This document shows positions 63,250 to 64,000 of a DNA stretch of 64,000 bases, in pieces. The DNA comes from an uncultured Pelagibacteraceae bacterium (GTDB taxonomy: Bacteria > Pseudomonadota > Alphaproteobacteria > Pelagibacterales > AG-422-B15): positions 4,312 through 68,311 of the forward strand of contig CACNSH010000006.1 in NCBI GenBank assembly GCA_902622985.1, written 5' to 3'. Position 1 is the stretch's first letter, and each line of letters starts with the position of its first letter. The translations under genes were made by a program, and so were the position numbers. Below the pieces are notes generated by a model. That model was not told where the DNA came from. It ran no database searches and saw nothing but the letters and a program-made list of their open reading frames with translations.

Positions 63250-64000
63250 CAATTTTTGCACTATCGACTGCCAATGGTGTTGCGGGGTTAGCGGTTGTAA
63301 GAGTCTCTGGACATCTAGCGCTCACAGCTCTTAAAACCATTTCTAGAAAGAGTCACTTCGATCCAAACGTCTTAACAAAATCAGAATTTTATGATCCAGA
63401 AAGCGGTAACTTAATTGACAAAGGTCTTGCTGTGTTCTTCTCAAAACCAAAAAGCTTCACAGGTGAAGATGTTGTTGAGTTTCATGTGCATGGCGGCCAT
63501 ACAACTGTTCAGCTTTTACTTAAATCACTTTCTAATATTGATCAGTTAAGACTTGCTCAACCTGGTGAATTTTCAAAAAGAGCATTTGTGAATAACAAAA
63601 TGGATCTAACAGCAATTGAAGCCATGGGTGATCTAATTAATGCGCAAACTGAAATTCAACATAATCAAGCACTGTCCCAGATGAATGGCTCACTGAATAA
63701 ATTATATTTATCATGGAGAAAGTCTTTAATAGAGTTAGTTGCTTATCTCGAAGCGGATATAGATTTTGCAGATGAAGATATTCCTGAAAATGTTCTTAAC
63801 AACATCAATTTAAAAATTGAAAAACTTTTAGACGAAATGAAAGAGCACTTAAAACAACGTAATCAAGGAGAAATATTAAGAGATGGTTATAAAGTCGCTA
63901 TCATTGGATCTCCAAATGTTGGCAAATCAAGTTTGATAAATTCACTTGCTAATCGTGATGTTGCAATTGTGTCTGATAGGGAGGGTACGACTAGAGACGC
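63246..64000 (+). CDS. mnmE: tRNA modification GTPase MnmE (TrmE), 5' part only; runs off the window end
   Basis: Not in the ORF track. Manual translation gives MTIFALSTANGVAGLAVVRVSG...SFTGEDVVEFHVHGG...PGEFSKRAF...GSPNVGKSSLIN...GTTRD; ATGA overlap with the ferredoxin stop. Confidence 0.96.
   Translation, partial: MTIFALSTANGVAGLAVVRVSGHLALTALKTISRKSHFDPNVLTKSEFYDPESGNLIDKGLAVFFSKPKSFTGEDVVEFHVHGGHTTVQLLLKSLSNIDQLRLAQPGEFSKRAFVNNKMDLTAIEAMGDLINAQTEIQHNQALSQMNGSLNKLYLSWRKSLIELVAYLEADIDFADEDIPENVLNNINLKIEKLLDEMKEHLKQRNQGEILRDGYKVAIIGSPNVGKSSLINSLANRDVAIVSDREGTTRD

Noticed and set aside
1..64000. CRISPR arrays, tandem or dispersed repeats, tRNA/rRNA, riboswitches (e.g. SAM before metK, S15 leader), parS sites, IS/integrase/phage or defence genes
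   Set aside because: None seen by eye. Intergenic gaps are mostly under 125 bp (3 nt before metK, about 10 nt before rpsO), and all long ORFs but one fit known housekeeping or enzyme families. An Infernal/Rfam and repeat scan would be needed to exclude small RNAs formally.

Overview
AT-rich, very gene-dense core-chromosome segment of a streamlined alphaproteobacterium. Gene order and protein style suggest a marine SAR11/HIMB59-like lineage, but that assignment is inference. About 65 CDS are present, almost all housekeeping: rubrerythrin/irr, fabA-fabB-fabI, purF, nusA-infB-rbfA-truB-rpsO-pnp, tsaB-fur-plsC-miaB-phoH-ybeY-corC-lnt-metK-trmB, murJ-trpS-usp-nfu, maeB, rsmI-BON-gshB, rph-rdgB, grpE-dnaK-dnaJ-dapB-nth, hisBHAFE, hslVU, fxsA-secB, maf-aroE-coaE-dnaQ, a probable oriC, hemE-hemH-hemJ-rho and the start of mnmE. 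I saw no tRNA/rRNA, IS, prophage, CRISPR array or defence island, and I cannot support a wholly new multi-gene system. The best signals are smaller. (1) maeB has an in-frame deletion of about 59 codons removing a conserved active-site segment. (2) An Irr (ICE) box and a canonical Fur box sit back to back upstream of rubrerythrin. (3) The likely origin has only degenerate DnaA boxes. (4) C-rich/G-poor tracts occur inside hemH and in the rho leader. (5) rimP, mutS/glnD and hrcA are missing from their usual syntenic positions. (6) An uncharacterised GT-A-like gene lies in a small oxidoreductase cluster. Annotations come from motif recognition and remembered synteny; no searches were run.
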